A stretch of DNA of 41,147 bases from Octopus sinensis (taxonomy: Eukaryota), in NCBI RefSeq assembly GCF_006345805.1, contig NW_021832790.1:1-41147 (forward strand), written 5' to 3'. Shown piece after piece: positions 35,743 to 41,147 of this stretch. Position 1 is the stretch's first letter, and each line of letters begins with the position of its first letter. Both the position numbers and the translations under genes were made by a program. A model generated the notes under the pieces. The model had not been told where the DNA came from. It saw only the letters and a program-made list of their open reading frames with translations, and made no database searches.

Positions 35743-36353
35743 TATATATATAATATATATATATGGGTGTATGTGTGCTTTGTGTATATGTTTCAATGTA
35801 TGAGTGTGATGTGCTGGTGTTCCTTACACTGACTGCAGAAGAACATTACATCACAGATATGTGGTCTTGTGCCAGTCTAAGAAATCGATATTAGTTTTTG
35901 GATTTCCATAACCGCTTCTGGCGAAATTGAGTAACTTTGCATTAGTTATCATAATATTTAGTTTTGGTAGTGACAGATGTTGGAGTAGGCAAAAGAAAAA
36001 AAAAAGAAAAATATTAAAGAAGAAAAATAAATCAACAACAACTGGCTATAACAACAACTACAGTTATAACAAATACGACGAAGTGCTTTTAATATCGGGA
36101 AGAATATCAAAAGAATTTGTCTTTTTTTCTGTAATGGAAAACATCTTAGAATATTAAAGAAAACTGAGATTACTTCTTATGGGTACAAAACTTTTATTTA
36201 TTAATCCTTGTTTTGACTTTATATGTTATTTTCGTTGTGTTAGTTCAGCAAAGATGGGGTTGTTTTGTGTACGTAACACCGATATTATCGTGGTTAGAAG
36301 ATAACGTATCTTAACTATATACGGCCATGATTTTTCTGTATAATCTTATGGTA

Positions 36354-36574
36354 ACTTGGCACAGCTATTACCGCATGGTAACTGAATGAGCCCTTGGTTC
36401 CTGAGTGTAAACTTATTGTTACTTGGCGCAGCTATTACCGCATGGCAACTGCATAAGTCTACGGTTTCTCTGTGTATTCTTATTTTTACTTGGCACAGCT
36501 ATTACCGCATGGCAACTGCATAAGTCTACGGTTTCTCTGTGTATTCTTATCGTTACTTGGCACAGCTATTACGC
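36354..36574 (+). repeat. 67-bp minisatellite, 3.3 copies
   Basis: acttggc(a/g)cagctatta starts at 36354, 36421, 36488 and 36555. Confidence 0.93.
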
Positions 36575-36741
36575 ATGTGGTTACAAAGCACTCATGTCAC
36601 CCATACGTTTGCTGGTCTGTCCCCACTACGCAGCATCATGCACAGGCATCTTGTACTGTATCCTATAGGCATCTTCGATCACTATGAATTCAATCATTTC
36701 ATATTTTACGGCATAAAGACGCTCATCTGGTCACTCTAAGC

Positions 36742-36982
36742 TCTCTCCAACATGTAGATTTTCCCTCTTTCTTACTTTTCTATCTATACTACGGTTACTA
36801 CGGTTGACTCTTCTCTTCGGAGATGAGCCGCATTTGTTTTTATTCCCCCGTCAGCCATACCATTTCCAAAGTTCGATACTCATCGCTACACTCAGTACTT
36901 TGTTACTCAGAACGTCGACACATCTTTTGAATTCTCTTCTATTTTACACTATTAGAAACCATTCAAGTGAAATGTTAACAGG
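36742..36982 (+). mobile_element. LINE (CR1/L2/Jockey group) ORF2 C-terminal relic
   Basis: Frames give LQH..SFLLFYLYYG..SSE, KFDTHRYTQYF, RTSTHLLNSL and FK*NVNR, resembling LAHRR..SLFYRYY.G..SSEL / RTSxLWNSLP / FKxxVNR. Confidence 0.55.
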
Positions 36983-38290
36983 TTCAGTTTTTTAAGCATC
37001 AAAGGGTTTGTAAATGTCTAGAACTCAGCCGTTCTCCAAGACTAGAGTAATAAGTATTTCAAGAAATATAAACCAATACCATCGCGCTGCCGAATACATT
37101 GCAAGTAAAAATTGGCAAAGACGACGGGGTGGGGGGTAGAGATATAGGTGAGTCGGAAGTGCGTAAGCAGCCAGCTCTGAGGAGTAGAGACACGGAACGA
37201 AAATTCTACATTGTTTCGGGTTGAAATGAAGCTGCAACGGTTAGTTAGAACTGCTGTCGAATATTCCATTATCATGCACTTAAAGGAATAGAAAATAAAT
37301 AAATAAATAAAGAAAGAAAGGAAGGAAGGAAGAAGAAAAAGTGCTAATATTAAATTCAGTATTATTGGTACGCAATTAATCCAGTGAATCAATGGAAATC
37401 GCTGGAAACATTGGAAGAATTAAACTCATCAAATGATGATTGGAACAAATATCTCTAATGAATAGTCTCCGGTTGCCTTTTCCTGGCGTTCAGAGCACGA
37501 CGTGTCTGAAATACATCTTCCGTTCGTTGTATTCTGAGTTCAAATCACACTATAGCCTACATTGGCAATACATATAATTCATTGTCCATTTTAGCCAGAC
37601 CACCTGACACCTCCGTTATATTAGTGGAGTCAACTCTTTTGGAAGTATTCCTAGCCTTTCTGTCTCACTGCACCACTCCACCTCACCCCACCCCATCTTT
37701 CACCACTTCATAAAAGCACGGATAATGCCGTCTCTCCCGAGTAAAAAATATTTAAAACTATTTTTGACATTAGTTCGACTACACCCTTCAAGGTCGAGCT
37801 CCAGCATGACCGAAACAAGTAATAGAATATAAAAAAAAGATATATACCAATAAAAGTAGATTGTTTAACCAAGGTAACAGCATGCTTCCAGTGAAACCCA
37901 GGTATCAAGAGGATTGCTTTCAGGTGTTAATGTTCTCCTGTATATTCTCTACTCTATTTGCCCTTCACGGAATATATTTATCTATTGTGCTTAAGTGAAA
38001 ATATACATAAAAATACATTTATAGTTCTCAGTAGTTTTCGCTGACAACAATAGCTTTCAGAAAATGCCGGATTTTCAATGATGTGAAAGTACATAGACAT
38101 ATCACAAAACGCGATCATTTACTTCACTCTGAAATAGTTGTTTGTCGGTGTTTAATTAAAAAGAAAAATTCCATGGACAGCTGCACGCCTCCTAAAGCCC
38201 GAGCGGCAGAGTAGATGTGTATCATTAAAACATTGAATCAGCAATTTGACAGTGAGATGGTCATACATACATACATACATACACACACAC

Positions 38291-38359
<69 letters not shown>

Positions 38360-38394
38360 CATATATATATATACACACACACGTGTACATACCT

Positions 38395-38632
38395 GAAGGC
38401 TCATGGCTTAGTGGTTATGGTGTTGCACGCACGATTGCGAGATCGTGGGTTCGATTCCCAAACCGAGCGTTGCATTGTGTTCTTGAGCAAAGTACTTCAT
38501 TTCACGTTGCTCTGCGACCATTTCGGCATCTGATATATAGCACCCGTTGCATCTGCACAGGTAATGTCAATCTGATGGAGAGAGGGAGCTTATCTCTACA
38601 CAGACATTTGATCATTATAAACAAATCATCTT
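38395..38632 (+). mobile_element. tRNA-derived SINE, family D
   Basis: A box catggcttagtggtta, B box gggttcgattccc, core gtgttcttgagcaaagtactt. The head is related to the arms at 27469-27934. Confidence 0.8.
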
Positions 38633-38690
38633 TCATTCGTTAAGAAAATGTCAAATCCTCATACATCGTCTAATAATGGAGTCCATTATA

Positions 38691-38728
<38 letters not shown>

Positions 38729-38877
38729 CTCTTTTATCTTTTATTTAATACTTTTGATATATATTTAAAATTATATAAATTAATTAATTTTATGTATTGG
38801 CTTATATTTTTCATTGTTTGCTTTGCCTAATAGTGGTTTTATATCTAATTTAATATAATAATCATAATATATATATA

Positions 38878-39094
38878 TCCTGCAACTCTTCTGGATGGTC
38901 TCCTTTTTAAGTTGCTGAATGCTGCCATAATCATTGCATTCATTCCATCTTTGGTGTTACAAGGAGTTTTGTTAGCCACACGCTCAACTGCGCGCCACAC
39001 ATGATAATTAAGGGGATTTCTGTCTGGGGAGTTAGGTGGCAAGATGTTAGGGTGATGTGGTCGCAGAAATTGTCTGACAGCAATGACTGCATTC
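38878..39094 (-). mobile_element. Tc1/mariner (maT-like) transposase C-terminal relic
   Basis: LSDNFCDHIT / PPNSPDRNPLNYHVWRAVERVANKTPCNTKD (WPPNSPDLNPLDY motif). Confidence 0.85.
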
Positions 39095-39121
39095 TACTTT
39101 GATTTATCTGTCAATTACACT

Positions 39122-39909
39122 GATATAAACTGGTTATGTTAAAGAGTTGTACTGACTCCAAATAATGAAATGGTTGATAAACTCAATCATAAACTTCTTC
39201 AAAACTTAACAGACACATCAGAAATGATTTTGGATCAATTGACAACAGTCGATCAAGACCAGGTTGTTCAATATCCTGTGGAATTTTTGGACATACCCTA
39301 ACCCTAACCCTAACCCTCACTGAGATGTCATCGGATAACTTGACACTAAAACTGGGTGCTTCTGTTATGTTGCTTAGGAATCTCCACTCATCTCACCTGT
39401 GTAATGGACCTCGCTTAATTGTTAATTCCATGAACCCCTATGTCCCAGCCAACAATCATAACAGGTAGACGCAAAGGAGAAAATGTATTTATCCCCCAAT
39501 CCCTCTCATGCCTAAAGATGTTCCATTTGAATTTCAGACGCTTCTGTTTCCAGTCAAACTAAGTTGTGATATTTGAATTAACAAATCTCAGAGTCAATTT
39601 CTCAAAGGAGTTTGAACTTCATCTTTCTACTACGTGCTTCGCCCACGATCAACTCTGTTTTATTTGCTCGCGACTTGGAAGCAGCAACGATTTATTCATT
39701 TTGAAACCAAGAAAAAATGACACAAGGAGAATCGTTTACACTGAAGTGCTTCAACATTGACAGATTTTCAGTTGGAGATTCTATTATCATTGCAATTTGG
39801 ATATTTTCAAATAAAATATAGATATTTCGAAATAATTATGAGAATAAATGTTTATATATGTTTACTAATCTAAATAAAGCCAGCAGTAACTGGGCAACGC
39901 ATTATCTAT
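39122..39909 (+). mobile_element. Helitron RepHel Pif1-type helicase C-terminal relic with decayed 3' end
   Basis: WLC*RVVLTPNNEMVDKLN, VDQDQVVQYPVEFLD, LTLKLGASVMLLRNL..LCNGPRLIV, IITGRRKGENVFIP, FPVKL..INKSQSQ, CFAHDQL..CSRLGS..IVYTEVL*. Then gccag-cagtaa-ctggg hairpin, 10 nt and CTAT. Confidence 0.92.
39296..39317 (-). repeat. Interstitial (CCCTAA)3 CCCT inside the helicase relic
   Basis: Direct reading. Confidence 0.9.
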
Positions 39910-40845
39910 AAATAAACACACATATGTTTGTCTGGACGCCATTTGCAATCTTGTATATATGTACATGTATACACACACACATATGCATGTGTATCCAAAT
40001 ATATATATATATGCGTGTGTGCGTGCGTGCGTGTGTGTGTATGTGTGTGTGAATGTGTGTGTGTATGTGCGTTTGTATGTATATATGTATGTACACATAT
40101 AATACACAAACACAAAAATATATGTGTGCACAGGTATATAACTGATATAACATGCAAATGTTTCTATAAATTTTGCGAACACTGGAGTATGTACAACGTC
40201 TCTTGTACGAATCTTAAAATAGAGAAGGGTCTTCCAGTAATTTTATTGTCTTCATTTTTCAACAGCACGAAACGATTAAGCTTCCTTCATCTCATTGAAA
40301 TATCTGAAAAATCAATGTATTTATAGGATAAAGGCGGACCTGTAGCGCTAACAGATATCTTAATATGGTAGGGCGGAAGGTTATCGGTTAGTCTTAATAA
40401 GGCTATCATTTTCAATCATTTTCTTTCTTTCAAAGCAGACGACCCGAACTGTGTCAAATAATATTTCATGGTTTCCATCACTTCCTGTTCTCGGAGGAAA
40501 CCAATCAATGAAATGTCGCAAGTATAGAGATACACTTATATGGCTGAACGTATGTAAATGCTTATAGTCCTATGTTCAGACACACACACACACACACACA
40601 CTCACTCACCATAAATGTTATACTGTTCTAAGTGTTAAGAAAAAAACATGACAAAGGAATAAACAGTTATCTTATGAACTTCATTAGCTTATAACAGTTT
40701 CCACTACGAGATGTGGTGAATGTACAGTGAAGTGTACGATTTCACCAGTCTCTAAGATGAAGTGCAATCTATTGGGAAAAAATTACATTTAAGTATATTT
40801 ACAGGAAAGCATTATCTTCCTATCTATATATCTATCTATCTATCC

Positions 40846-40880
<35 letters not shown>

Positions 40881-40904
40881 GAACTAAAAATGTGACAATA
40901 ATGC

Positions 40905-41147
40905 AAAACATCCAGGCAGTTAGGTGATACAAAAAAGAAGCAACAAAACATCCAGGCAGACGATACAAAGAAAACAAGGACGGGTCATTTAGCGTTTATA
41001 TCCTCAGTCGATTTCCAGACTATCTTTGCAATTGCGGCTGTTTATACTCGAGATTGCTGCAAATCTGGCCAGCCCCAAGGATAAACTAAACTAAGAGCAT
41101 TAGCTTCCTTGGAAGAAAACAGCGAATGTATACGAAAGCAAGGACGG
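40905..41147. repeat. Unclassified repeat running off the window end
   Basis: caaaacatccaggcag occurs twice (about 40905 and 40945). gaaa(a/g)caaggacgg occurs at 40971 and 41134. Confidence 0.4.

Noticed and set aside
10446-38632. A/B-box sequences as functional tRNA genes
   Set aside because: None folds into a full cloverleaf, and all continue into shared SINE bodies.
9233-40326. Dozens of YIYI/HTHT/VCVC/MYVC ORFs in the track (e.g. 21766-22370, 26255-26929, 13660-13944)
   Set aside because: They are translations of (TA)n, (CA)n and (CATA)n tracts, which lack stops in several frames.

Overview
Repeat-dense, AT-rich eukaryotic non-coding DNA. The SINE families and microsatellite load look like an octopod cephalopod (Octopus-like) nuclear genome; this is from recall of those families, not a database search. 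I find no intact protein-coding gene, functional tRNA/rRNA gene or CRISPR array, and most ORFs in the supplied track are microsatellite artefacts. 1-6.5 kb is a strongly strand-skewed hierarchical tandem array (4 units of about 1.0/0.83 kb plus diverged subunits) with an inverted 1.55-kb copy at the window start. It ends in AT-rich sequence and a possible trnG half, resembling a mitochondrial control region (NUMT or mis-joined mtDNA) with long-read-type indel noise. The rest is layered transposon debris: tRNA-derived SINEs of at least four families, two Tc1/mariner (maT-like) transposase relics, a cleanly bounded hAT/Buster derivative with an 8-bp TSD, three non-autonomous Helitrons (one nested in another, inside a SINE), a Helitron helicase relic, a LINE 3' relic and three inverted-repeat structures. 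Best candidates for something new: (i) short repeats carrying decayed Penelope-type minimal hammerhead-ribozyme motifs, including a tRNA-headed SINE with a hammerhead-like tail; (ii) young SINE copies repeatedly joined to older relatives at one internal motif; (iii) a 288-bp near-perfect GC-rich hairpin; (iv) a SAM-domain-like reading frame missed by the ORF track.
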